The position numbers and the translations under genes are program-made. The notes beneath the pieces were generated by a model, which worked only from the letters and a program-made list of their open reading frames with translations, was not told where the DNA came from and searched no databases. Positions 1-10,165 of a stretch of DNA of 64,000 bases are shown here, piece by piece. The stretch's first letter is position 1; the number at the start of each line of letters is the position of its first letter. Source of the DNA: an uncultured virus (IMG/VR IMGVR_UViG_3300020195_000012) (taxonomy: Duplodnaviria; Heunggongvirae; Uroviricota; Caudoviricetes); IMG/VR virus record IMGVR_UViG_3300020195_000012. One strand, written 5' to 3'.

Positions 1-1249
1 CACGTTGAATATCAGGATTTAATGTTATACTTGGATTTTCCATAACACCCGTGATACTGACGCCCAACAATGCTTCTCTTCGAACAATTCTTTCTGTTAT
101 TTCTCCCAAGTATGGAAGAGAAGTGTATCCTGCTTGAAGAGTGCCAATAATTGCTCCTGCGCGTGCAGCAATGGCAAAATCTTCTTTAGTTTTGATTAAT
201 CCGCCATTGATTTCTGACAAATTGCAAAAGTGCCAGCCACTTTTGCCAGTCGTTTCGTCAACAGGCCACATTCCAATTTCAACACAAGGATTTACAAGGC
301 ATTCTGTGCTATCAGCGAAAAGAAATCCTGGCTCGCCAAATTCCTTGACGCTTTTCATTATCTCGGCAAATTGCTCTGCTGTCGTCTTGTCTCGCAAAAG
401 CAACACACTGTTATTTGATCTTCCCCTCTGTGGATTGTCATAAAACCAGTTGCCGACCTTGGCATTCATCATCAATTCGTCATCTGGCGAGAACAGACAG
501 ATTGTAGCTGAACGCCGTACACCACCTGCCAAAACTGCATCAGAAGCATGCATCACAATGTCATACGCATCAATTGTTCGTAGAAAATTTTGATTGCTCT
601 CAAGACAACGATCTAATAATTTTCTAATCTTCTCCAACGCGCGACGTAATGGTTCTGGACCAGGAGCCTTTCCAGACGACGAATTTAACTTAGAGCCTGC
701 TTCTCTAACATCAGAATAATCAAAAACCACATTGCATCCTGCATACTCTGGATATACAGGCATATAAAAATAACTACTTAGTAGTACGCCTAACGCATCT
801 GCCCATCCTTCAATGGAATCAGGAATTAAATACTTCTTCTTGTCTAACTTTTCACGTTCTTGTTTCGTATGAGAAAATAAAGACAATTTACCAACATGGT
901 GCTTCTGAACTGAGAAACCCACTCCAGAACCGCAAAGCAAAAGCCAAAACGCTTCTTGGAAGAATCTCAATCGATCACAGAATGACACGCAGCAATTATA
1001 AATTCTCGCATTTACTTTCTCAATTGGTTTTCCACCAAACTGAAGTGCGCGTTGAGAACCTAATACTCTCTTTTCTTTGACTCTATCGAATGCCCATTCA
1101 ATATGATCTTTAGCTTGTGGATAACGATTCAAGTGCATATTCTTGACACGATCTACTGCTTCATCCCACGTTTCTCTTCGCTTCTTTTCTTCATTGTATC
1201 GTGCATACCGAGAAGTAAATGTATAATCTTTAAGTGCTTCTATTGACAT
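1..1249 (-). CDS. nrdJ: Class II (B12-dependent) ribonucleotide reductase, 5' part; runs off the window
   Basis: Hand translation from ATG at 1249: MSIEALKDYTFTSRYARY..RRETWDEAVDRV..QRALQFGG..YNC..GSGVGFS..VLAGGVRRSA..GEPG..NPCVEI..CNLSEIN. Missing from the ORF track because there is no stop in the window. Confidence 0.92.
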   Translation of the reverse strand, partial: MSIEALKDYTFTSRYARYNEEKKRRETWDEAVDRVKNMHLNRYPQAKDHIEWAFDRVKEKRVLGSQRALQFGGKPIEKVNARIYNCCVSFCDRLRFFQEAFWLLLCGSGVGFSVQKHHVGKLSLFSHTKQEREKLDKKKYLIPDSIEGWADALGVLLSSYFYMPVYPEYAGCNVVFDYSDVREAGSKLNSSSGKAPGPEPLRRALEKIRKLLDRCLESNQNFLRTIDAYDIVMHASDAVLAGGVRRSATICLFSPDDELMMNAKVGNWFYDNPQRGRSNNSVLLLRDKTTAEQFAEIMKSVKEFGEPGFLFADSTECLVNPCVEIGMWPVDETTGKSGWHFCNLSEINGGLIKTKEDFAIAARAGAIIGTLQAGYTSLPYLGEITERIVRREALLGVSITGVMENPSITLNPDIQR

Positions 1250-1289
1250 ATAAACCTCATTTTAGGGAAAAGTATATAATCCCTACCTA

Positions 1290-3239
1290 TTACTTTCTAA
1301 TTGACGTAGTTCCATTTTTCATAACAACTTCGATTGTATCATATCCACTAAGTAAATCCAAAAGGTCTGGATCATGTGTAATAACAAATACTTGTCTATC
1401 TCTAGATAATTCACAAACCATCTTGAACAACGATTGAACACCTGGACGGTCAACGTGCGCAGCGACCTCATCTAGAAAAATAACACTTGGACAAGTATTT
1501 GCCGTCATCATCATCACATGCGAAAATGCTTGAGAGATCGCCAAATCTATTCTGGTGTGTTCGCCACCGCTCAAACCTGCGTAAACGAACGGGTCTTGAT
1601 CGACTGGATTTCTCTGAATTACCTCATCTAACTGATTATTGAAATGCAGTTGAATTCTTCCATCCATCAAAAACTGCAACCAGTAATTGATTCTTGAGTT
1701 CAATGCAGGAATCATCTCATCGATTACAAATGCTCTTATGCCATCGTCACCAAAAGCCCTAACCCAAAAATTATAATACGGCACATGAGTTTCTAACGTT
1801 TTTGCTTCAGTTCTATGTATTTCCGTCCTGGCTTCCGCTTCTTTGAGTTCTTTGTCTAACGTTTGTATCATTTCAATGTACGGATCATTTGTCTCAAACC
1901 CATCTTTGGTTTGCTTGACCAAGTTGTGAAGATGTTCAATATCACGTTCCAATACCATGATTTCGCCTGCTGCGTCTGGTCTGTTGATCTTGACCAGTTC
2001 TTTCTTTTTCTGCATTGCAGCATTAAGTTCCGATAAAACAGTTACTTCTTTCTCTCTTGCTGCTTTTCTTCCTTCTACCAACTTGGTCAAACTAGCCTCA
2101 TAAACATTAAGTTTATCCTGAACGACTGATTGTCTTTTCCTCACATCGGTAACTTGAGTTTGTAGAGTTTTGATTTTTACAATGTCTCGTTCCATCATGC
2201 GACGAATGTTTTTATCTTCAATTTCACCAAAACAATTGGTACAAGTTCCGCCTTTTTGAGATCGTGCGTGATCGCAATTCTTTTCTAATTGTGCTATTTC
2301 TTGAACTAAGCCAACAATCTCTCGTTCATATGCACTGACTTCTATCGCCAACTCTTGTTTCTCGTCACGACGTTTATTAATTACCTGTTCTGCCTTTTCA
2401 AGAGTTTCGTGCAGACTAGCTCTAGACTTATCTTTCTTGTCAATCAAATCTTCAATTGATTGCAATTCAGATTGCGCACTATCGTAATCAATAACATCCT
2501 TTCGCTTCTTGATGTCTAATATTTTAATATAAGCATCAGATAGTTTCTTTTGAAACAGCTCAATCTTCTGCATTTCTTGATCTTTCCATGCAGTTCTCTT
2601 AGCGATCAAGACTGTATGTTTCTTCTTGATCGTTTCAGTCTCTTGAATCGCTAATTGGATCAAGGAACTGATTTTTCCAACATCATCCTTGATTGTTTTT
2701 TGTTTATCTTTGGCTTGCTTGTTAAACTTTAAATACTTGTCAAGATTCAACAAGTTTTCTGCAATTTGTCGCTTTTCTGCTGCTGTGCATGACAAAAAGT
2801 TATGATTGTTGTGTTGACCAAAACACGCAACATTTATAAAAGAGTTGTGGTTAAGTTTCACAATATTATGAATCAAATCATCTGTGGCAGGTATTCCACC
2901 AAGACTAATGTCTTCATCACCTTTCCATAATTGAAGTCTGTCTGGTGCGCGTTTGCGAATAACCTTGTAATCATCCCAATGAACTTCTACTTCCAATCCT
3001 TTTTTCGACCTAACATTAATAGCTTCTTTGTGACTAAGCCCTTTTATCAATTTACCATATAATCCATAAACCAAGGCATTAATTATTGTTGATTTTCCTG
3101 CTCCATTACTGCTACCTTCTCCAGCATCGACATTACATCCTTTAATGTTAACAATATTACCTAATTTTGTAAAGTCTATTTCGATAGGCTCTTCACCTAT
3201 CGAAAGGAAATTACGAACTTTTATATACTTAATCCTCAT
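1290..3239 (-). CDS. SbcC/Rad50 (T4 gp46-like) recombination ATPase
   Basis: Walker A NGAGKST, coiled coil with CxxC hook (CTNC), LSGGE signature, Walker B FLDE, ITH. Likely start MRIKYIKVRNF. Confidence 0.93.
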   Translation of the reverse strand: MRIKYIKVRNFLSIGEEPIEIDFTKLGNIVNIKGCNVDAGEGSSNGAGKSTIINALVYGLYGKLIKGLSHKEAINVRSKKGLEVEVHWDDYKVIRKRAPDRLQLWKGDEDISLGGIPATDDLIHNIVKLNHNSFINVACFGQHNNHNFLSCTAAEKRQIAENLLNLDKYLKFNKQAKDKQKTIKDDVGKISSLIQLAIQETETIKKKHTVLIAKRTAWKDQEMQKIELFQKKLSDAYIKILDIKKRKDVIDYDSAQSELQSIEDLIDKKDKSRASLHETLEKAEQVINKRRDEKQELAIEVSAYEREIVGLVQEIAQLEKNCDHARSQKGGTCTNCFGEIEDKNIRRMMERDIVKIKTLQTQVTDVRKRQSVVQDKLNVYEASLTKLVEGRKAAREKEVTVLSELNAAMQKKKELVKINRPDAAGEIMVLERDIEHLHNLVKQTKDGFETNDPYIEMIQTLDKELKEAEARTEIHRTEAKTLETHVPYYNFWVRAFGDDGIRAFVIDEMIPALNSRINYWLQFLMDGRIQLHFNNQLDEVIQRNPVDQDPFVYAGLSGGEHTRIDLAISQAFSHVMMMTANTCPSVIFLDEVAAHVDRPGVQSLFKMVCELSRDRQVFVITHDPDLLDLLSGYDTIEVVMKNGTTSIRK

Positions 3240-4275
3240 GGCAAATATCCTTTCCGATCTGAAGCAATGTATTATAATGAAGATCACCAATTCCGACTGC
3301 GGCAATATAACGTTCTAGAACATCACCATTAGCTATATCGAATTTAGTTTGTAATTCTCCATGATTATGTTTGGTCTCTTTCGTCTTGATTTCCTTGAAT
3401 TCAATACTTTGAACCTTACCAAAATCAGTTATTTCCTTTTTCATCTCAATTACATCAGATGAATCAACGTCCTCAACCAAAACTTGAATGAAATTGTTGT
3501 TCAAATCCGTATACGGCACTTCATCATGTCTAATAATCAAATGCTTTGGCGAAAAAGTATTATCAACATATTCACATTCAAGTGTGTCTGAATCTAAAAT
3601 GATTACGTGTTTGGTTTGAAATGCCTCATTAAAACTCAACTGCAAAGGTGATCCAACATATTCAACGCGATCATCGAGTTGTTGCGGACAGTGATAATGA
3701 CCAAGTAAAACTTTTCGCCAACCTTTAAACACTTCTTTGCTTACTTTTATCATGTCCTTTTCATTTTCAATCGAAACTTCCGCCTTCGTACTGTACATTT
3801 CATTCAACGTAGCATCATCTACCGCAATATGTGCGCACAGCAAAGATGATTTGTCTTTAAAATGATTCGTCACAACAGAAATAGGATCGTGCGTAAAGGG
3901 CAAGAAATCTACATTGAGTCCAGCAACTTCAAGGGTGCATGCCTTGGCAATAACACGAACATTGTCCATTGCCCCAAGTGGTTGAACGCTGCTAATGTCC
4001 CACTTGTCGTAGAACCACAAATCATGGTTCCCGAGCAAAAGGTTAATGTTTAAATCGCGGAATTCTTGAAAGATTTTGAAAGCGTTGTGATACGCAATAA
4101 CTTGAATTTTTTGGCGATCATGGAACAGATCACCAAGAAAAATCACATCTTTAGCATTACGATCACGCGCAGTTTGAAAACACCATCGCAAAACATCAAG
4201 ACAATCTTGTAACCTTTGAATGCTGTGCTTATGTGAATGAATATGCAGGTCTGAAAACACTAGAACTTTGGACAT
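3229..4275 (-). CDS. SbcD/Mre11 (T4 gp47-like) metallophosphoesterase nuclease
   Basis: SDLH, GDLF, GNHD, LGHYH and YVGSP motifs; adjacent to the Rad50 gene. Confidence 0.93.
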   Translation of the reverse strand: MSKVLVFSDLHIHSHKHSIQRLQDCLDVLRWCFQTARDRNAKDVIFLGDLFHDRQKIQVIAYHNAFKIFQEFRDLNINLLLGNHDLWFYDKWDISSVQPLGAMDNVRVIAKACTLEVAGLNVDFLPFTHDPISVVTNHFKDKSSLLCAHIAVDDATLNEMYSTKAEVSIENEKDMIKVSKEVFKGWRKVLLGHYHCPQQLDDRVEYVGSPLQLSFNEAFQTKHVIILDSDTLECEYVDNTFSPKHLIIRHDEVPYTDLNNNFIQVLVEDVDSSDVIEMKKEITDFGKVQSIEFKEIKTKETKHNHGELQTKFDIANGDVLERYIAAVGIGDLHYNTLLQIGKDICHED

Positions 4276-4326
4276 TTGCCTTCCCGTGTACAACAGGAAG
4301 GATGATATCATCGATATCAGTTAAGA

Positions 4327-4710
4327 TCAAGTCATTAAAGAAGAATTCTTTTGATCTTTAGGTTTATCCTGTGATTTCATCGATGTTTTAGATTTTTTGC
4401 GTTCGTAATTAATGTTAAGTTCGTCATATTTGTCCATGTCTTTCACGGACTTTTTCAGAACTTCCCAAACGTCCATTGCATCAATAGTCTTGATTGGCAC
4501 AGGTTGTTGTTGCCCACCGGCACCCCCGCCACCCATCGGATCGCCCATTGGGGGACCACCCATTCCACCACCCATTGGAGGAGGTGGGGGCATTCCGCCA
4601 CCAATAGGACCGGCACCGCCCGCACCACCTAAAGCGCCGCCGGGAGGGGGCGGTGGAGGAGGAGGAGGTGGAGCAGCTTCTGCCATCAATTCATACAAGG
4701 ATTTTCCCAT
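4327..4710 (-). CDS. Pro/Gly-rich low-complexity hypothetical protein
   Basis: 127-aa ORF co-oriented with neighbours and preceded by CTAGATA-N5-ATG. Confidence 0.7.
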   Translation of the reverse strand: MGKSLYELMAEAAPPPPPPPPPPGGALGGAGGAGPIGGGMPPPPPMGGGMGGPPMGDPMGGGGAGGQQQPVPIKTIDAMDVWEVLKKSVKDMDKYDELNINYERKKSKTSMKSQDKPKDQKNSSLMT

Positions 4711-4795
4711 TATTATATCTAGTTGGTTTTTTCTTGTTTTGCACGTATCGTGCTGTAGTATGGTTTTTTAGTCAGTAACACAGAAAGGGAATCAA

Positions 4796-5059
4796 ATGGA
4801 AGAACGTAAAATTGGATCAATGCAAGAGACCAAAGCACAACGATGGAGGGCTTTGGCAATTCTATTCGATGGGGGAGAAGCACTTCTCTACGTTGGCAGC
4901 AGTATTGTTCAGATAAGAGAAAACTTTATCGACTCGTGGAAGAAATACTTCACTGACGAAACCAGGAAAGCGACACGGGACATCATCATTCAGAAATGGA
5001 ATGGTGCCCCGGACTGCGGATACTGGGAGAATCAATCCAAGATTCAAGTTCCTCGCTGA
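4796..5059 (+). CDS. Hypothetical protein
   Basis: 87-aa ORF with AAAGGGA RBS, filling the gap between genes. Confidence 0.65.
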   Translation: MEERKIGSMQETKAQRWRALAILFDGGEALLYVGSSIVQIRENFIDSWKKYFTDETRKATRDIIIQKWNGAPDCGYWENQSKIQVPR

Positions 5060-5060
5060 G

Positions 5061-6503
5061 TTAATTCACTAAAGGCCAGTTGTCTATGGCACTGGCCTTG
5101 TAAACTTTAATCGTGTGCCCTTCTTTCTCTAACACTTTGATTCGTTTACGACTGTGCTTTTCTAGATAATCGTTGATCTTGAACACAAAATCATAATAAT
5201 TCAATTGTTCTTTATCATTTGCTACACGTAAACCACGCCCAAATCTTTGAATGATTTGATGGTCAGCCTGTCCAGAAGCGCAATTCAAAAGGTTGTGGAC
5301 AAAAACATCAATTCCAGTATTGAAAATTCCGGATGTAGCAATTGCTACCAAATTACCTTCTTCTTTTTTCAATCTGTTAATAATTTCTTTACGAGTTTCT
5401 ACAGTGTCTTTGCCGCGAACCCATAAAGCCCCAGGAATTCTATCCTGAAGTCTATCGCCATGTTCAATCCTTTCAACAATAATCAATGATCTGCCTTCTA
5501 TTTTTGTAACTAGCTTCCTAACCATTTCGTGAAAATATTCATTTTCTGCAATACCTCGTGTCACTGCGTCCAAATAAATATCATAAGGGATCATTGGTTC
5601 TTCAACTTCAAAGAACGAACAGACAGCATTTGACAAAATGTTTCGCTCTTGGAGTTCTTTAGTTGTGATCTTCCCGTCCTCAGTGCAATGGGAAGCGAAT
5701 AAAGGGCCTATCCAGCCCTTAACTTCATACTTTTGGCTCTTATCCGTCCCACCGAACTTAAACGCAGTGGCGCTCATGCCAATGCGTACAGAAGCGTTTT
5801 TGAGTTTGTTGTAGATTTGTCTGGGCTTCTTACTCATCATTTCATGGATTTCATCCACAATCAACACTTTGATCTTAGGCAATAATGGTTCAAGTAGATG
5901 TGCGCTCTGAACAGTTGCGCAAGTAATTATATCTGGCTCTTTACGAGTACCATGAAATCTTCCAACACGTGGAATATTCCATTTACACAGTTCGTCGTAA
6001 TTTTGTTCCACTAACTGTTTTTTGTTGCCAAGAATCAAAACTGGTGTGTTTGGTGGCAATGCTTTGATAATTCCTATCAAAATATTCGTTTTTCCGCTAC
6101 CAGTGGGTGATGGGACTATGCCTCTACGATTCTTGATTGCTTGATTGATATAATCGACTTGATAATCTCGTAATACAACTGGAAATTTGTATGATGGATC
6201 ATTTAAGAAATTTTCATCAACAGATTCAATTTGAAAAGGAAATATCGTTCTGTGATCTTCAAACTTGTAAACGGAACCAATATGTTTTAGAGCAGCTTTT
6301 ACTTCTGGCAAAAGACCTGTTAGAAATCTCCCGCTTTCCTTCTTGAAGAAATCAGTATATCCATCCCATTTACGTTGTTTGAAACTTGGAGAATGAAAAT
6401 ACCCTCTTTCTTTAAATCTCAATGCTTTCCATAACAGATTTTTTACATCTTCATTTTTCGATATGAACCAAGAGTAATTATTTTCAATTTTTAATATATC
6501 CAT
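5061..6503 (-). CDS. SF2 DNA helicase, UvsW-like
   Basis: LRDYQ, PTGSGKT, DEIH, SAT, GID and QRFGRGLR motifs. Confidence 0.9.
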   Translation of the reverse strand: MDILKIENNYSWFISKNEDVKNLLWKALRFKERGYFHSPSFKQRKWDGYTDFFKKESGRFLTGLLPEVKAALKHIGSVYKFEDHRTIFPFQIESVDENFLNDPSYKFPVVLRDYQVDYINQAIKNRRGIVPSPTGSGKTNILIGIIKALPPNTPVLILGNKKQLVEQNYDELCKWNIPRVGRFHGTRKEPDIITCATVQSAHLLEPLLPKIKVLIVDEIHEMMSKKPRQIYNKLKNASVRIGMSATAFKFGGTDKSQKYEVKGWIGPLFASHCTEDGKITTKELQERNILSNAVCSFFEVEEPMIPYDIYLDAVTRGIAENEYFHEMVRKLVTKIEGRSLIIVERIEHGDRLQDRIPGALWVRGKDTVETRKEIINRLKKEEGNLVAIATSGIFNTGIDVFVHNLLNCASGQADHQIIQRFGRGLRVANDKEQLNYYDFVFKINDYLEKHSRKRIKVLEKEGHTIKVYKASAIDNWPLVN

Positions 6504-6535
6504 AGGACAATATTATAACATCAATGTAACAGATG

Positions 6536-7123
6536 TCAATTGACAATTTTGAAAAATCTATTTGGTGGCATGTGCGGAGCAACAATCTTCGACATAAGAA
6601 CTTCTGTTCCTGGCACTGTGAATACAATCACCCAACTTTTACGTGATTTGTTCATGCTGCAAGACATACCGACTTCGTTGAAATATTGTTCTATTATCTT
6701 ATTTCCCTCTTGACCAAAAGATTGAGTTCTTAGGCAAGCGTTCTTGTGATTTCTTCCTGTGAGACAGCCACTATCTCCATACCAAACTGATATTGCTAAT
6801 GACCTTAATTGATCCAGCCATGCCATAGTTATCTCTTTTTTGCCACTCGGATAACATAAATCTCTCAATTCTCCAAACACGGGATCAGAAAATGATCTCC
6901 ACGTACAAGTTGTTTTGTATTGATACCAAGGCGTACTACTTTCGTAAGCAGATAATTCTGATGCTTTACTATTGAGCCAGTCCATGTGACTGACACTATG
7001 TCGCATACAAAAGTACGAACTCTTTCTTCCTTTGCAAAGATATCCGTTACCTAGCAAAGTCCCTAACACAATTTGTCGATGATCATCATTTTGAAATGGC
7101 ATCTTACCGTTCCGAAAAAACAA
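6536..7123 (-). CDS. Free-standing two-motif LAGLIDADG (I-SceI-like) protein with substituted catalytic aspartates
   Basis: QIVLGTLLGNG and LAISVWYGDSG match the LLGDG and WYMDDG motifs. Start may be the ATG at 7102. Confidence 0.8.
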   Translation of the reverse strand: MFFRNGKMPFQNDDHRQIVLGTLLGNGYLCKGRKSSYFCMRHSVSHMDWLNSKASELSAYESSTPWYQYKTTCTWRSFSDPVFGELRDLCYPSGKKEITMAWLDQLRSLAISVWYGDSGCLTGRNHKNACLRTQSFGQEGNKIIEQYFNEVGMSCSMNKSRKSWVIVFTVPGTEVLMSKIVAPHMPPNRFFKIVN

Positions 7124-7158
7124 GTATAACTGTTATATATATCGTTCTAGAAACTAAA

Positions 7159-7394
7159 TTCTAGTCTGAATAATCAACCACCTATTCTTCGCCAATAGGC
7201 TTTCAATGGATTGATTATTACCAGAACTACAGAAAAAGCAAGTAATCTGCGAGTGACCGCAAGGTTATAGCAGATAGGAGCCTTGCCGCAAGGCCATGCA
7301 GGGCAACACATTAAAGGTCAACCTCCGATGAGGGTTAAGGTTGATGCTTGTTGTCCTAGCGAACTTTCAAGGTAAGATTTTCTAACTTTGAAAG
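7159..7394 (+). ncRNA. Putative structured non-coding RNA of unknown class
   Basis: ORF-free region with consecutive stems: AATAATCAA/TTGATTATT, CCTATT/AATAGG, ATCTGC/GCAGAT enclosing TGACC-GCAA-GGTTA, GCC-GCAA-GGC, TCAACCT/AGGTTGA, CTTTCAAGGT/ACTTTGAAAG. G-U pairs and GNRA loops favour the + strand. Confidence 0.65.
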
Positions 7395-7519
7395 AACGGT
7401 ATATCCTTCAATTTTATGATGAAAAATTAGTATTTAATTAGATTTATTTTGACTCTTTACAAAGGTTTTTATTAACTACTATATACCCTGTACAATCAGT
7501 TTAAATTCAACGGGACAAT

Positions 7520-8671
7520 ATGAGCAAATTCAAGAAATTCGGGGAGTTTGTCAAAGGTAAGGTCAAAGAACTTGACGTTACTGATGGCCTTGCCGGTAAA
7601 GATTATGATGGCCCACTATCCACAAAACCCATTCAAGAACCAACAAAGGGCAAGAAAGATAAGGCATTGCCATATAAAGCCACTGGCGAAGAAGAGGGTG
7701 GTGTTGTGTGGACCGCGCCTGATGATGGTAGCAAGAAAGGTTTGGCACAAAACGCCACCCCTGGAATGACACCAGCAACATCACCTTTAGGCAAGAAGGT
7801 GGATGATATGTCTAAGGCGAGACCAAAGCCAAAAAAATTGACGGCCGAACAGTTCATTGAGAACACTAAAGACCTGAGCAGCACTCAGTTTGTCAATTAT
7901 GTTCTTGAATCACATGGAGATGCGTCAATTTCTCCCGTGACTGACCTGTTCGGCAATGAATTCACTCCAGAACCACTCCAGACCATTCAGTACATGGCTG
8001 GATTGTTGATGGGCAATCATTATTATCTTGAAAAGTTTGTCCGAGAAGTCCGCCGACGTGGTGGAATGGATGCTTTGATGGACGAAATGTGTGATTGCGG
8101 TGGATATGATCTCATCGTTGACCACTTGGAAAATGAAGACTTGGGACAAGAACGTGCTGGGAAATTGGTCAAATCCATGAATGACAAATTCATGAAGAAC
8201 GTCAATATGTTTTCACCTGACGAAGATGAAGACGAAAAAGAATTAGGTGAATCGGTCGGTCCAGGGCTTGATCAAATGGGAATGGCTGGAATGCCTAACA
8301 TGGGTGGACAAGCCGCACCTGGGGCATCTGGCGGTAAACTTGGTGGTGGTAAAATTGGTGGTGGTGGCGTAGGTGGGTATCAAGCCAATCCTGACGATTC
8401 ATCAAGCGAACTTGATGGAAGAAACAAAACCGACAAGGGTATGGGCAGTCAAGGAGCTGGACGTAATCCATCAAATGCTGGTGGGGGTGGAATGCCAATG
8501 GGTGGTTCAACGCAGCCCAATTTTGGTGGCGGTGTCGTACCACCAATTGCCAAGAAGATGAGTGCTGGTGAGGATGTGAAATACGGTGGAGCTGGAAAAC
8601 ATCTCATTGATGAACTTACCAATTATCCAAGAGCTAAGACATACATGAAAGGTAAATGCATTGATTGCTAA
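7520..8671 (+). CDS. Hypothetical protein with Gly/Met-rich region; possible virion internal protein
   Basis: 383-aa ORF, N-terminus MSKFKKFGEF, CTATATA motif upstream, terminator downstream. Confidence 0.75.
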   Translation: MSKFKKFGEFVKGKVKELDVTDGLAGKDYDGPLSTKPIQEPTKGKKDKALPYKATGEEEGGVVWTAPDDGSKKGLAQNATPGMTPATSPLGKKVDDMSKARPKPKKLTAEQFIENTKDLSSTQFVNYVLESHGDASISPVTDLFGNEFTPEPLQTIQYMAGLLMGNHYYLEKFVREVRRRGGMDALMDEMCDCGGYDLIVDHLENEDLGQERAGKLVKSMNDKFMKNVNMFSPDEDEDEKELGESVGPGLDQMGMAGMPNMGGQAAPGASGGKLGGGKIGGGGVGGYQANPDDSSSELDGRNKTDKGMGSQGAGRNPSNAGGGGMPMGGSTQPNFGGGVVPPIAKKMSAGEDVKYGGAGKHLIDELTNYPRAKTYMKGKCIDC

Positions 8672-8672
8672 T

Positions 8673-8702
8673 AAAAACCCAACTCAATTGAGTTGGGTTT
8701 TT
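8673..8702. terminator. Bidirectional intrinsic terminator (perfect 30-bp palindrome)
   Basis: AAAAACCCAACTCAATTGAGTTGGGTTTTT between convergent genes. Confidence 0.85.
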
Positions 8703-8705
8703 TAT

Positions 8706-9551
8706 TTACCCTTTCCAGTTCAGTTTTAGATTTGACAATACCTCGTATGGTGATTTGCTGAATACATCGGCGTTGAATATATTTTTATCAATATTAGATT
8801 GTTTTGCCCAAGTGTTTAGCATTGAAATGAGCCATGGGAAATAAAGCATTACCTGTGGTGTATCAAAATTATCAGCCAAAACATTAAGACCGGATTGATA
8901 CCCAATAAACAATTTTGCTTTTTCTAAAATGTAAGTTACATTCATTGGACAAGAATCGTAGTATGATTTGACTTCACGACCTGATGATCGTAATATTTTT
9001 GCCAAAGGCTCACCAACATCACGATCATATTTTGCGCCAATCACAATAATAGGTAAATCAATTTCGTATTGTGAACACAACGTAAGTATAAAATTTTTCC
9101 ATTGTTCAACACTCCATACTGACCCGTTATCTTTCAAACTTCCAGACACATACACACAAATAAAATCTTCATATTCTAATGGACATTCAATCCTAGTAAC
9201 TGGAACACTCCATTCAACTTCATAGCCAGGATCGATATCCTCAAGCCTAACACCAGATTCTAACGGAACATTATATGCTACATATGCTCCAGCCAATTCA
9301 CTATCAAGTATATGACTAAGTTTTGGCGTGTGTTTTACAACATCATTATAAATAGACGAAGAAACAAGATGATAATTGATCTCACCGCACTTAGGAAGTA
9401 ACGAAAGAAAATTTTTCGCTCTGGTTTGTACAGGGTCTTTATTTACATGCAAAACATTTAAGTTTATCAAATCAAAATACGGCGAGAACTTTTGATAAAT
9501 CCAGAATATATCTCCAACACCTTGAGGTACACTAAGAGTAATTGTCTTCAT
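8706..9551 (-). CDS. Glycosyltransferase family 9-like (GT-B) protein
   Basis: N-terminal GVGDIF and C-terminal AKLFIGYQSGLNVLA..TPQVML, typical of heptosyltransferase-like enzymes. Confidence 0.7.
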   Translation of the reverse strand: MKTITLSVPQGVGDIFWIYQKFSPYFDLINLNVLHVNKDPVQTRAKNFLSLLPKCGEINYHLVSSSIYNDVVKHTPKLSHILDSELAGAYVAYNVPLESGVRLEDIDPGYEVEWSVPVTRIECPLEYEDFICVYVSGSLKDNGSVWSVEQWKNFILTLCSQYEIDLPIIVIGAKYDRDVGEPLAKILRSSGREVKSYYDSCPMNVTYILEKAKLFIGYQSGLNVLADNFDTPQVMLYFPWLISMLNTWAKQSNIDKNIFNADVFSKSPYEVLSNLKLNWKG

Positions 9552-9574
9552 ACCGTTAATTAGTTTACCAAAGA

Positions 9575-10165
9575 CTATTTTTCAGAGTGAGGAGGAATCC
9601 ACCACGTAAGAGTTACGTTCAATACTGGATCACGGTCCCATACGATCCACGCATAATCACAAGAATCAATGTTACTTCCACCAAATTTTGGTCTCTGAGA
9701 TAAAACCAATATCTCAGTCGGCTTAATTTCCTTGAACAATTCATAACGTTTAACACTCGCAATGAATGGCAATCTCAACAAGAACGCCATTCTGCCACTT
9801 GACTTGAGAAATCTGTAGGCGTGACGAATGAATGCTTCCGCTTGAGAAAATGGGGGGTTAGCAACGATTCTATCATAGGTGGGCGTTGGTGACTGCTCTA
9901 GGAAGTCACCAATTATGAAATCACATCCTGTTGCTGCTAGGTCAGGCATGAATTCAGTCTGAATCTCTACAGCAGATACACGAACTGATGGGAATTTGTT
10001 TTGAACTGATTTTACGATAGCGCCACGTCCTGCGCTGGGTTCTAGGACAGTTTCTACGCCACTATCAAAGAAATTAGAATCTATTAACCCCCGAACAACT
10101 TTGTCAGGTGTTTCATAGAAGTCTAAATGTTTACCTTGTCGATCTTTTACTCTAGTGCTGCTCAA
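9575..10165 (-). CDS. DNA N6-adenine methyltransferase (orphan)
   Basis: DFYETP, LEPSAGRG, VANPPF. Probable TTG start at 10165 overlapping the pyrC end. Confidence 0.85.
   Translation of the reverse strand: MSSTRVKDRQGKHLDFYETPDKVVRGLIDSNFFDSGVETVLEPSAGRGAIVKSVQNKFPSVRVSAVEIQTEFMPDLAATGCDFIIGDFLEQSPTPTYDRIVANPPFSQAEAFIRHAYRFLKSSGRMAFLLRLPFIASVKRYELFKEIKPTEILVLSQRPKFGGSNIDSCDYAWIVWDRDPVLNVTLTWWIPPHSEK

Noticed and set aside
4412..4771. + strand Pro/Gly-rich ORF
   Set aside because: Antisense mirror of the 4327-4710 gene, which has the promoter motif and operon orientation.
6536..7394. Group I intron carrying a homing endonuclease
   Set aside because: No interrupted exons: the flanking genes are complete, and the ORF and the RNA-like structure lie on opposite strands.
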